A stretch of 64,000 nucleotides of DNA from Chrysomallon squamiferum (taxonomy: Eukaryota > Animalia > Mollusca). Made by a program: the position numbers and the translations under genes. The stretch covers positions 16,554,001 to 16,618,000 of the forward strand of contig CM022666.1 of assembly GCA_012295275.1 (NCBI GenBank), read 5' to 3'. The notes under the pieces were generated by a model. That model did not search any database and was not told where the DNA came from. It saw only the letters and a program-made list of their open reading frames with translations. This document shows, piece by piece, positions 1-14,170 of this stretch. Within the stretch, counting starts at the first letter, position 1; the number at the start of each line of letters is the position of its first letter.

Positions 1-393
1 TCTTCTTCTTCTTATTATTATTGTTGTTGTTATTATTGTTATTATTATGTATTTCAAATATAATTATCTGTAATGCAATTCGTATCAAGTAGCTGTAATT
101 TCGGCAGACAAGAAAATCGCTCAGTTTAAACATTTACAAGAGTTTAGAGTCTGGTTTCATCGATCAGAGATTGTTTAAGTTGCGACTGCGGTGCAGAGAA
201 TGATTGTGAAAAATGATTTTCCTAACTAGACATGACACGAGTCTGTTTCATGCTTTAACCAATAAACGAAGCGTCTCAGAAAGTTTAATGTGAAAGTGTG
301 GTTTTATTAGTTTATTACAGGTTACTGATTTTCTTTGTAGACGTTCTAATAACCAGGAATTCTGAGAAACGATAACGACTGGTTGAGTTACTT

Positions 394-552
<159 letters not shown>

Positions 553-1434
553 ATGGGAGTTGCGTGTATTTCGAAAACAAAAACAGATAAAGAAATAAAT
601 AAAAAGTTAAAAGAAATGCAATATAATTGAGTAAGGATATCCCACGTTCTGTATGAAATGTGTGTAGGATTAATGGTGTCTTGAAACTGACATCAGTGTT
701 GTGTCTGTCTGTAACAGAACGAGTAAAATAGAATATTTTTGTACGTCTGTGCGCGAGCGAGATTTTTTTCAAGAAGATTTATGGTTGTTTGATCTGACCA
801 AATTATTAAAGAAAAAAATCTAAATACTTGACACAGTTGAGCTTTAAAAAAAGTCTGTGGATGTTTCTAAGTAAATATTCACTGATAATTGGGTCAGCCT
901 GTTTGATTAAACTGTTAATAAAACGCCCTCCATTAATAGAAATTGCCTGAGGGTACTCAGTCTGTGAAAACCGTGTACACACACCTCTTTATGGAACTAT
1001 TTTGAGTTTCGAAATATGTATCTACGTCCCCTCTCATCGCATCTTTAACTACTGACATCAGATCAGCCATGCATGACGAAATAAACGTCTACAACGACAC
1101 CATTTAACTATCTGCGTAGAAGTTGTTAAATTTTGTTTTTGTTCTATTGTGATGATGTTTGTGAAGAGGGCGGCGTGTCTCTGCTAGGCGGATTAATATT
1201 TTCTGAGTAAACAGTTCGTACAGAGCAGACGACGTTCTCGTGTTGGTACAGACTACACCACGTGCCGAGAACTTTATCACGAAATTAGACACCCACGAAC
1301 CAAAAATTCAACACCTAAAAGATCTCTCAGTTACAAGCAAAAAATGCAGCTTTATCATTTACTGTTAACGAATTTTTAATAAACGTATTTGTTACATATT
1401 TCTGTTGACGTTTGAAAATGATAATCCTTGTAAC

Positions 1435-1484
<50 letters not shown>

Positions 1485-1521
1485 GTAAAAAGTCTTGTCT
1501 TGAATAAAACTATTTTAGCAT

Positions 1522-1627
<106 letters not shown>

Positions 1628-2194
1628 CAGCCGTAGCAAACACCAAAAGATATACGTTTGTAATGCAGTACACATAGTTAATAATATATACAACACACAT
1701 TTGTACACACACTGCATACACATACACATTGTGTGTATCTGTGTTTGTGTGAGTATTTGTGTACATGTACATTATTTTTATTATTAAATTATTTATCGGA
1801 AATTTATTTTAAAACTGTTGTTATAATTAATATTACTTGTGGGTTTTTTAAAAACATGGTTAGTGAGAGGCTGTATGTATGAACAGACAACCTGTGTGAG
1901 CTGTGAACGGAAACCAAAAATTGATTGTCTGGTTCACGAGAATATTTACAAGCCCTGAGAAATTGTTTTATGTCAAAGAGTAACAATTATTAATTTGAGT
2001 AAGAAGAACTTTGCAGGACTTTACGTATTAATTTAGCACCACTTGCTTCTTACTACATAAACACAGGGGAGAAATAATTATAAAAAGGTCTTCTTCTTCT
2101 TCTTCTTCTTCGTCGTCGTCTTCTTATTATTATTAATAAATAAAAAAGGTACAAAAACAATAACAAACAAACAAACAAACAAACAAACAAACAA

Positions 2195-2225
<31 letters not shown>

Positions 2226-2797
2226 ATTAAAAACTAGTACTACAGAGAATTACTGAATGACTATTCATTGAAAAGCAGGCGATAAAAATGTGAAAGGAGA
2301 TGCAGTATAAGTAGTAATATTATTTCTACAACTATGATTATTACTACTAACAGTAACACTAAACTACTGGTTAAACTGTTTCTACTTTTGTTATTTAAGT
2401 GCAGCTAACTCTGTTATTATTCGTTTTGTTACATCAGTATATTACATTACATTACATTATGCCTTGTATTACATTATATAACAGTCTATTAAATTATAAT
2501 ATGTTGTATTATATTATATTATATTATATTATATTATATTATATTATATTATATTATATTATATTATATTATGTTATGTTATGTTGTTATATTATATTAT
2601 ATTATATTATGTTATGTTATGTTATATTATATTATGTTATATTATATTATATTATGTTATATTATACTCCACTGTATTTATTGCGCTATGCCTGTATAAA
2701 TTTGCATTTCTATAAATGTCAGTATACTATTTTATATACTGCTGCAGTTATTATTTATTTATTTATTAGTAGTAGTATATTATTATTACTATTATTA

Positions 2798-2846
<49 letters not shown>

Positions 2847-2851
2847 TTTTA

Positions 2852-2902
<51 letters not shown>

Positions 2903-2955
2903 TTATATTATTTTTTTATTATTATTATTTTAAATGCTACTGGAATTCTGACCAG

Positions 2956-2979
2956 TACGTTGGTCACTCTAACACACAG
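2956..2979 (+). other. Candidate 24-nt micro-exon
   Basis: Consensus donor CAG|GTAAGA at 2979/2980; weaker acceptor ttctgaccag|; length is a multiple of 3 (YVGHSNTQ in phase 0). Confidence 0.25.
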
Positions 2980-3486
2980 GTAAGACAGACTATTTTCTTT
3001 GCGACCTTATGATGACCATGAAATGAATATCCACTCACTCAAGTATACAAAAAGGAAATCGCTCAAGTTTGAGTACCGACGTTGGCGACCTTGTCAACGT
3101 TTTATTCACGACGTTATGAAACATGTTTTACTTAAAGATTTCATGAAACACGATACACGCGTAAACAGAGGCTAAGATTTTTTTAAAATTCCTCAACCTG
3201 TCAGTTTTTATTGTGATCTTATTTTTACATCTACGTGTAAGATTATTTTTAGTTATTTATTTATCATAATAACAATAACAGTTACTTTAGTAAAAGCAAA
3301 AGTAGTAACAAATAAATAAATAAATAAATAAAAATTTATTTAGCCGAAAAAAAGTGGAGCTTTGCTTACCGTTTAAGTTTTTGTTTGTGGCTCAAAATCA
3401 TAGAAATAAAATTTTCTGGAACCGATAAAAATTATAGATATACAGATGTTCCATTTATAAATAAATAGAACTGTACAGGCAAGAAG

Positions 3487-3545
<59 letters not shown>

Positions 3546-3785
3546 GATGTTGTTGTTAAATTTAATTCAGTTTAATCGTTATAATTCAGTTTAAAAAATT
3601 AAAACGTAATTAGATTAAGTAGTTAAAAATTAAATCATGCAATAAATAAATAAATAAATAAATAAATATATAAATAAATATATAAATAAATAAAGACAGA
3701 AAGAAAGAACATAAGAAAAGCCATTTAACTTTTTGTCGCGGTAAAATATCATTAATATTTTAAAACTTATTTATTTATTTTATTA

Positions 3786-3829
<44 letters not shown>

Positions 3830-5176
3830 TTCATTTATTCATTCATTCATTTTAATCCATTTATTCGTTCGTTCGTTCATTTATTTAATTATTTATTATT
3901 ATTTTCTGACTAAAGCTATTTAAATAAATTAAGAGATGGCTATAAAATGACATATGTAACGCAGTTTAACTAAAGTGAACAGATTAAAATAAATAAAATA
4001 AAATAAAAATGTTTGAGAAGATTATCATAATGTTTTGAATTAGTTAATATTATGATTACAGTTAACTCTGTGATAATGTTATAATGTATTTGAAATGAGG
4101 ATAACTGGAAACTTTATCAAATGAAGACACGACAGTAAGAGTCAGCTTATGATAAAGTTATAATAAAGTCATAACTGATGATAATTTTGTAATTTAGAAA
4201 ACATGATTGTAATGTTGTAATTTAGTAAACATAATGATAATGTTGTTATTTATTAAACATGATAATAATGTTGTAATGTAGTAAACATGATGATTTTATT
4301 GCAACATACTAAAACTGATGGTAATATTGAAGTAAAATGATTGTTAACAACGCATATTCGTATAAATTAACTATATTTAATATTAAACATTTTTTTATTT
4401 TATTTTCAGTGTAGATCCTTCCATTATTTTTCACTCCGTTTTAATTTATTTTTAATGTTACGGGTATCACACTGAAATAAGGCATTCATGAAACGACAGT
4501 GAGTGGTAATTTCAAACTTGATACACAGACATGCACACATTTACATGTGTGTTTCCAGTCTGACGTTGAACTGTTGTTGGTTTGTCACGCGCATTTACCA
4601 CTATAAAACCTGCAGAGAAGCTTTTTGTTGCTGTTATTATTTCTTTTTTTCTTTTTCGCGAATAAAAGAAAACGTTTCAGACTGAAATTTACCTGCACCG
4701 CAGTCTGTTGTCACTTTTTCTATTTACTAAGATAACAGAGGGCGAAACTCAATACTCGCAGTGTAAGCTTTTTGTATCAGCTGCTATTGAAGCAGACGGA
4801 CACACTCGGTTCGCTTGGGGGCTCTAAAGCAAGCGAAGTATTGTCTGCCGTTCAGTACGCATTATGTTCTAACAATCGTGTGAAAGACGTCATCAGAATT
4901 GCTGTCTTTGCGCCGAGTGTTGTTTTGAGGAGGTTTTCGTTTATAAAAACGATGATTAAAGTTTCGGCAATTTATTAGAAAAATACCCGTATACAGTGTC
5001 GATTTCAAGTTATTAAAAAAGAAACAGCAGGAAACATTAGAAGTCCCTATCGGATAACGAGAATTAAAGACACATGCAACTGTAATCTGACCATCTTCCA
5101 CCGAGCGATCGACACAAGATAAAAATAAAATTATAGTTTTTTATTTACTTCTTTTTTTTTATGATTTCCCCCACAG

Positions 5177-5190
5177 ATGATAAATGCTAG
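5177..5190 (+). other. Candidate 14-nt micro-exon (ATGATAAATGCTAG)
   Basis: Long T-rich tract followed by ttcccccacag| acceptor and a perfect TAG|GTGAGT donor only 14 nt apart. Confidence 0.45.
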
Positions 5191-5735
5191 GTGAGTTTAA
5201 TACTAACCATCAAGTATCTATACCTTAATTTGCATATCTCGGCAGATTTGGTGAATTTGATATCCAGCCGAAAAATTCCATCAATTGAAAACTCCGCTGG
5301 TCATCAAATTATGGCCCACACCCGTTTTATTTTACAGGAATATTGTTGGTTTTGTTCAAAGAGCGGGATCTGTGGTTAAAAGAAATCAGAAGCAAGATCT
5401 ACGGGGAAAAATGTTCTTTACAAAATATTGAGTAAGTTGTTATTGTAGACGTGGCAGTATACAGTTTCATCTATGGACGAGGAATTTAAAACTTCGGGTG
5501 ATATTAAACAGCAGAACGTAGACACACAGGATTTCATGACGTCTTAATAAAGACGCAGATTTTTCATTTTGTCAACTTTATTTCTGTGTAAGATTTATTT
5601 CCCGTAAACCGCAGATGTCTCCGAGATTGCAGAACCGCGCGGACGTAGGTAGATTCGTATTGAATTACGTACAAGTTTCAAAAATATAAACGTGTTTTTC
5701 CTACCCCCGTGCTTTGAAAACGTCATTAATTTCAA

Positions 5736-5791
<56 letters not shown>

Positions 5792-6194
5792 CAACAACAA
5801 CAAAATATTTACAGAAATAATATTTTAATTTCGGATGGAGATCTTCCTAATCTGTAATTAAAAAAAACAAATAACTGAAATTTCAAATATCGTTTCGTTT
5901 ATCAAATATTAAGTATTAAGACTGTGTTTTATATATACAGTATATATATATCCTTTAAACCAGTAAGTTAGAAGATAGTATTGTTCATAAAAAGCTGTCG
6001 AGATAAAAGAAAATATTTAATAATTTCCTTCTCTTTGTTTCTGTAGGGGATGTTGTAGTTTTGTTTATTTATTTATTTATTTATTTAAATTCGTTGTACG
6101 AGATAATTTAATACATGTTGCTTTTTCTGTTTTCTTTCATCTGCTAGTAACTTGCTCATCTTCATTTCTAAATGCAAGTTACTCGCAGTAGTGT

Positions 6195-6775
6195 ATATTA
6201 CTCACTTCGTTGTATCACTTACTCATTTGGCTATATCAGTTACTCATTTGGCTATATCAGTTAATCACTTCGCTATATCCGTTGCTCACTTCGCTATATC
6301 CGTTACTCACTTCACTATATCAGTTATTAATTTCGTTATCTCGGTTAATAACTTCGTTATATCAGTTACTAACTATCTTATCTCAGTTACTCATTTCGTT
6401 ATATCAGTTATTAATTTTTCTATATCAATTATTAACTGCAGTATCCTTAAATTTTATTAATTTCACTAAATCGTTATTATCAGTTATTAACTTCGCTATA
6501 TCAATTATTAATTTCACTATTTCAGTTATTAACTTCGTTATATCAGTTATTAATTTTTCTATATCAATTATTAATTGCTATATCAGTTATTAACTTCGCT
6601 ATATCAATTATTAATTTCACTATATCAGTTATTAACTTCGCTATATCAGTTATTAACTTCACTAAATCAGTTATTAACTTCGCTATATCAGTTATTAACT
6701 TCACTATATCAATTATTAATTTCACTATATCAGTTATTAACTTCACTATATCAATTATTAATTTCGCTATATCAC
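6195..6775. repeat. 21-bp minisatellite, about 27 copies (consensus TATATCAGTTATTAACTTCGC)
   Basis: Directly visible; explains the 7-aa periodic ORFs in several frames (LYQLLTS, AISVTHF). Confidence 0.92.
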
Positions 6776-7031
6776 TGACTTTGATAGTTTAACAGTTAAG
6801 ACTAACACTGTTTTATATGTTTATTTCTCTATTTCTTTAATTAATTAGTTATATTTTTAAACCTTTTTTTTTTTTCTAATTTACAAAAAATGTTGACATT
6901 CTTTGTTTTAGCAAAGATTAATGTCGATCATAAATAATTTAATTTTATTTGAACTTTTTTTCTCCCTATGTTCACGAACTGTGGCTAAAACGTAAACACG
7001 TTGTAACTCACACAGATAATTAAATTTCCAG

Positions 7032-7079
<48 letters not shown>

Positions 7080-7608
7080 AGAAGAAGAAAAAGAAAAAAG
7101 AACATTTTCTCGGGTTCTGTATATTCCTAAACGTTTATTTCTCTTCCTGTTTGACTGACATCTGTCAATCATCTGTCAGCCAGTCCGTAACTCTGAACAC
7201 GTGACTTTTTTTTCAGACTGTTTCGAGTTTCCTCGAACTGTTGACAGGTGTTGTCTGCTTCTCATTTCACTCAGTGTTCAGTTTCTGTGCGTGGAAAAAA
7301 ACACAACAGCACAGCACACGTGTGTGTGCCTAAATAAATAAATAAATAAATCAGGAAGTAAGTAAGTAAATACATAAATAAATAAATAAATAAATAAATA
7401 AATCAGTAAGTAAGTAAGTAAATACATACATAAATAAATAGATAAATACATAAACAAAAATAATGTAAGTATACAAAAAAATGAATACTGCTACCGTAGA
7501 ATTAGTGGTAGCAGTAGTAGTAGTAGTAGCAGCAGTAGTAGTACAAATAGTACAACTGCTACTCTGTTAGAATTAATGCTGCTAATTCTACTACTACTAC
7601 TAATAAAC

Positions 7609-7657
<49 letters not shown>

Positions 7658-8726
7658 AAATAATTGATGATGATGATGATGATGAACGAAGACAATGATG
7701 ATGATAACGAAGACAATGATAAAAAAAATTATTAATAACAAATCCACTGAGATTTTTAAATGAATACAGAAAAAAAAAAAAAAAAAAAAAAGTAATCTTG
7801 TTTATATCAAATTACCTGTCTTTACATTTTCTGTTTGTCAGTCAAGTAAGATGTTTTTAACTTTTAATAATAAAGTTGTGTTTCTGTAGTCGTTTTCAAA
7901 TCAGTCCAGCAGCGAGGCTCTCGGCCGGGTCAGTCAGACTGAGTAATAACTTTACAGTTAATAAATGTAAAAAACAAACGAACGACGCGAAAGCAAATGA
8001 AACGTGCAAAACGACAAAACTGCAAGCGGGGAAACAGCAATATACACGTCGTCGTTGACGAAGATGTACGGCGTTGTTTATGCGTCGAAGGTGTAATGTC
8101 GCCGTACAAATAACAAGCTATTTTTCTGACTACGTCGTCCATTTAATTTTAGCGCCCTCTGGCGAGCAGAACGCGTTATTTTCCGTCAGACATTACAGAG
8201 AAATCCATCAGTCACACGAACTCCATTTCTTTGTGAACAGTTAGGCCAGAGAGCGTGTTAATAATTACTGACTGAACACGCCTCTTTGATTCAAGTCATC
8301 TTCTGTGAGAGTTAATCAAAAAACAAGACCAGAGATCACCGCTTCCTACCGCCACCCCGTGTACACCGTTAACTCAGATACATCAATTACAACTCAGATA
8401 TATCAACTGTAACATCAGCTACAACGTAAATACATCAGTTATAAGTTGTATCAATTATGGCAAATACGTTAATTGTAATATATCAGTTTGTATACAAATA
8501 CTTCAGTTATATCAGTTAAACATAAATACGTTATCTGTAATACTTCAGTGATATCACGTACATCAGAAGTAGTATATTACATATAATATATATATATATA
8601 TATCAGATATAAATACAACAATTAAATCAAACATACACACATACATGCATACACATACACACATATACACAAAATAGACATTCATATCTTCATACATACC
8701 TACATACACGTACATACATACACCAT

Positions 8727-8774
<48 letters not shown>

Positions 8775-8888
8775 AGACGCACACAAAGTTAAAACATGAA
8801 AACTACCTAAACCTGAGCCATATGTAAAATTAACAGTTTTTATTAATACTGTTTGTGGTGTATTTAGTCAAACAAATAGATAAATAGA

Positions 8889-8947
<59 letters not shown>

Positions 8948-9085
8948 GTTTAATATGATACTACGTTCAGTGTGTAACATATTATATGAAAGAGAGTATA
9001 TAAGAAACATACAAATATAAATGTATATATGAATCAGAGAGCGAATGATAAATAAATAAATAGATAGATAGACAGACAGACAGAC

Positions 9086-9146
<61 letters not shown>

Positions 9147-9224
9147 TATAGATAGATAAATAGAGAGATAGGAAGAAAAATAAACTGGTGAGAGACAGAA
9201 AGAACAGAGAGAGAGACAGAGAGA

Positions 9225-9325
<101 letters not shown>

Positions 9326-9360
9326 ACGTTAAAACTCTATTCCATTCCTGTGTAAAATAA

Positions 9361-12300
9361 TACTTATCTAAATGTTACATATCTCTGTGTATTCTACCTC
9401 TAGTTGTACACAGTTCAATAAAGAAAATACACCAGTACAACGACTTAGCTAAATGTTACATATCTCTGTGTATTCTACCTCTAGTTGTACACAGTTCAAT
9501 AAAGAAAATACACCAGTACAACGACTTATCTAAATGTTACATATCTCTGTGTATTCTACCTCTAGTTGTACACAGTTCAATAAAGAAAATACACCAGTAC
9601 AACGACTTAGCTAAATGTTACATATCTCTGTGTATTCTACCTCTAGTTGTACACAGTTCAATAAAGAAAATACACCAGTACAACGACTTAGCTAAATGTT
9701 ACATATCTCTGTGTATTCTACCTCTAGTTGTACACAGTTCAATAAAGAAAATACACCAGTACAACGACTTAGCTAAATGTTACATATCTCTGTGTATTCT
9801 ACCTCTAGTTGTACACAGTTCAATAAAGAAAATACACCAGTACAATGACTTAGCTAAATGTTACATATCTCTGTGTATTCTACCTCTAGTTGTACACAGT
9901 TCAACAGAGAAAATACACCAGTACAATGACTTAGCTAAATGTTACATATCTCTGTGTATTCTACCTCTAGTTGTACACAGTTCAATAAAGAAAATACACC
10001 AGTACAATGACTTAGCTAAATGTTACATATCTCTGTGTATTCTACCTCTAGTTGTACACAGTTCAACAGAGAAAATACACCAGTACAATGACTTAGCTAA
10101 ATGTTACATATCTCTGTGTATTCTACCTCTAGTTGTACACAGTTCAATAGAGAAAATACACCAGTACAATGACTTAGCTAAATGTTACATATCTCTGTGT
10201 ATTCTACCTCTAGTTGTACACAGTTCAATAGAGAAAATACACCAGTACAATGACTTAGCTAAATGTTACATATCTCTGTGTATTCTACCTCTAGTTGTAC
10301 ACAGTTCAATAGAGAAAATACACCAGTACAATGACTTAGCTAAATGTTACATATCTCTGTGTATTCTACCTCTAGTTGTACACAGTTCAATAGAGAAAAT
10401 ACACCAGTACAATGACTTAGCTAAATGTTACATATCTCTGTGTATTCTACCTCTAGTTGTACACAGTTCAATAAAGAAAATACACCAGTACAATGACTTA
10501 GCTAAATGTTACATATCTCTGTGTATTCTACCTCTAGTTGTACACAGTTCAATAAAGAAAAAATACACCAGTACAATGACTTAGCTAAATGTTACATATC
10601 TCTGTGTATTCTACCTCTAGTTGTACACAGTTCAATAGAGAAAAAATACACCAGTACAATGACTTAGCTAAATGTTACATATCTCTGTGTATTCTACCTC
10701 TAGTTGTACACAGTTCAATAGAGAAAATACACCAGTACAATGACTTAGCTAAATGTTACATATCTCTGTGTATTCTACCTCTAGTTGTACACAGTTCAAT
10801 AGAGAAAATACACCAGTACAATGACTTAGCTAAATGTTACATATCTCTGTGTATTCTACCTCTAGTTGTACACAGTTCAATAGAGAAAATACACCAGTAC
10901 AATGACTTAGCTAAATGTTACATATCTCTGTGTATTCTACCTCTAGTTGTACACAGTTCAATAAAGAAAATACACCAGTACAATGACTTAGCTAAATGTT
11001 ACATATCTCTGTGTATTCTACCTCTAGTTGTACACAGTTCAATAAAGAAAATACACCAGTACAATGACTTAGCTAAATGTTACATATCTCTGTGTATTCT
11101 ACCTCTAGTTGTACACAGTTCAATAAAGAAAATACACCAGTACAATGACTTAGCTAAATGTTACATATCTCTGTGTATTCTACCTCTAGTTGTACACAGT
11201 TCAATAGAGAAAATACACCAGTACAATGACTTAGCTAAATGTTACATATCTCTGTGTATTCTCTCTAGTTGTACACAGTTCAATAAAGAAAATACACCAG
11301 TACAATGACTTAGCTAAATGTTACATATCTCTGTGTATTCTACCTCTAGTTGTACACATAAAGAAAATACACCAGTACAATGACTTAGCTAAATGTTACA
11401 TATCTCTGTGTATTCTACCTCTAGTTGTACACAGTTCAATAAAGAAAATACACCAGTACAATGACTTAGCTAAATGTTACATATCTCTGTGTATTCTACC
11501 TCTAGTTGCACACAGTTCAATAGAGAAAATACACCAGTACAATGACTTAGCTAAATGTTACATATCTCTGTGTATTCTCTCTAGTTGTACACAGTTCAAT
11601 AAAGAAAATACACCAGTACAATGACTTAGCTAAATGTTACATATCTCTGTGTATTCTCTCTAGTTGTACACATAAAGAAAATACACCAGTACAATGACTT
11701 AGCTAAATGTTACATATCTCACCTCTAGTTGTACACATAAAGAAAATACACCAGTACAACGACTTAGCTAATTGTTACATATCTCTGTGTATTCTACCTC
11801 TAGTTGCACACAGTTCAATAGAGAAAATACACCAGTACAATGACTTAGCTAAATGTTACATATCTCTGTGTATTCTCTCTAGTTGTACACAGTTCAATAA
11901 AGAAAATACACCAGTACAATGACTTAGCTAAATGTTACATATCTCTGTGTATTCTCTCTAGTTGTACACAGTTCAATAAAGAAAATACACCAGTACAATG
12001 ACTTAGCTAAATGTTACATATCTCTGTGTATTCTCTCTAGTTGTACACATAAAGAAAATACACCAGTACAATGACTTAGCTAAATGTTACATATCTCTGT
12101 GTATTCTACCTCTAGTTGTACACATAAAGAAAATACACCAGTACAACTACTTAGCTAAATGTTACATATCTCTGTGTATTCTACCTCTAGTTGCACACAG
12201 TTCAATAGAGAAAATACACCAGTACAATGACTTAGCTAAATGTTACATATCTCTGTGTATTCTCTCTAGTTGTACACAGTTCAATAAAGAAAATACACCA

Positions 12301-12696
12301 GTACAATGACTTAGCTAAATGTTACATATCTCTGTGTATTCTCTCTAGTTGTACACATAAAGAAAATACACCAGTACAATGACTTAGCTAAATGTTACAT
12401 ATCTCTGTGTATTCTACCTCTAGTTGTACACATAAAGAAAATACACCAGTACAACGACTTAGCTAAATGTTACATATCTCTGTGTATTCTACCTCTAGTT
12501 GCACACAGTTCAATAGAGAAAATACACCAGTACAATGACTTAGCTAAATGTTACATATCTCTGTGTATTCTCTCTCTAGTTGTACACAGTTCAATAAAGA
12601 AAATACACCAGTACAATGACTTAGCTAAATGTTACATATCTCTGTGTATTCTCTCTAGTTGTACACATAAAGAAAATACACCAGTACAACTACTTA
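9361..12696. repeat. 81-bp tandem satellite, about 42 copies, highly homogeneous
   Basis: Unit CTAAATGTTACATATCTCTGTGTATTCTACCTCTAGTTGTACACAGTTCAATAAAGAAAATACACCAGTACAATGACTTAG; period 9368->9449 = 81; matches the 27-aa periodic ORF at 10589-11308. Confidence 0.98.
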
Positions 12697-13944
12697 AGAC
12701 GAGATACTTCGTTTATTCGCATATTAACACAGATTTGTAAAATACAGATAATACTCAGTATAAAACAGAAGTCTGGGTAGCTGTGTCAAAGACATTCAGA
12801 TACACTGCTAAAGACAGTAAGATCAAAACTCGTCAGTGTCAGGTTGAGTATTAAGGTTGAAAACAAAAGTTCTGAATGATGAAAAATCTTTAACGTAAAG
12901 AACGTTGATGACTGAGTGGTTTGATAAAATAGCATCATCATCAACAACATCATAAGCAACAACCACAATAATAATAATAATAATCATAAGAAGATGATGA
13001 AAAGCAGTAACAACAACAACAATAATAATAATAGATATAATTATGATGATGATGATAATAATAATGATAATGATGATGATAATGGTAGCCTGTATAAAAT
13101 GACTTTAAAGCAAACGTTTCAAATGTTATCCCTAACGTGTATTTTAAAAATCTTCTCTGACGGTAACTAAACTAGAACTATATCTGATGTTATCTCATAT
13201 CAGAAGAGCTGACACTTTTATTACAATAATCCTGAAGCAAATCATGAATAAAATCGTATTAATTTTCCTGAACATTCTGCAACAATACGAAAACTACGAA
13301 CATGGAAATATGGATGATATTTTTAAAATTTAAATTAAGACTTTAAAAAGTAGAATTACGTGACCCTCTTTCCCCGGCCCTACGACACACAGGCCTTGGT
13401 GTCCACACCCAATTTGTACTTCATCCCCCTTCTCAAAACTCACCGAAGTGTAAGATAATAATATCACACTCGACTGGTTCTCTCGAGTGCTGCGCTGATT
13501 GCTGTGTCTGATTGATTGCTCCGCTGGCTGCACGTGACAAACTGAGAACCACTCTACAAATAAATCTCCCGCCTCTAATTCACCGTGCAGTTTTGCAGCA
13601 GACGAACATCCAGAGTGGCTGCTGGAGAAATTCTGCTGAATTTTTCTGTGATTTATAAACGGGTTCATAGCCGAAACGGGAATACAGAGGAGAAAATAAA
13701 ATCAATAAATGACGTAATAAATTCTGAGGAATAGTTTGAGTGTAAACATGATGAAAGCAGACCGGCTCTCTCCCCAGTGCATCGCACATTCGTCACACAA
13801 AATACAATATCTGTGTTTGTATAAATCGGCATATAACGTAACACGCACAATATATACAAATGTATATATAAACATAACACTAGAAATTATCACAACGATT
13901 CTCATAATCATTAAAAATATCACTAGCTACCACACTCCGATAAT

Positions 13945-14170
13945 CCAAATCCTAGTCCTAACTTCAAACTTAGCTTCAACAATTATTGTTATCCTAGTTT
14001 TAACCCTAACCCTAACTGTAACCATAACCACAACTGTAACCGGAACTGTAACCATAACCGTAATCTTAATCATGCCCATAACCATAATCGTAACCGTAAC
14101 TCTTACCGGAACCGTAACCGTAACTCTAATCCTAACTCTAATTATAACCCATTCATTAGAAATAACTATA
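13945..14170. repeat. Degenerate hexamer repeat (TAACCN)n including telomere-like TAACCCTAACCCTAAC
   Basis: TAACCC/TAACCG/TAACCA/TAATCC units; two exact TAACCC copies at 14001-14012. Confidence 0.7.

Noticed and set aside
6152-6778. Heptad-periodic ORFs suggesting a coiled-coil protein
   Set aside because: Open in several frames and on both strands because the unit is 21 bp; interrupted by stops; no exon signals.
10589-11308. 239-aa ORF with 27-aa repeats
   Set aside because: It is one stop-free frame of the 81-bp satellite, broken by 2-bp indels between monomers.
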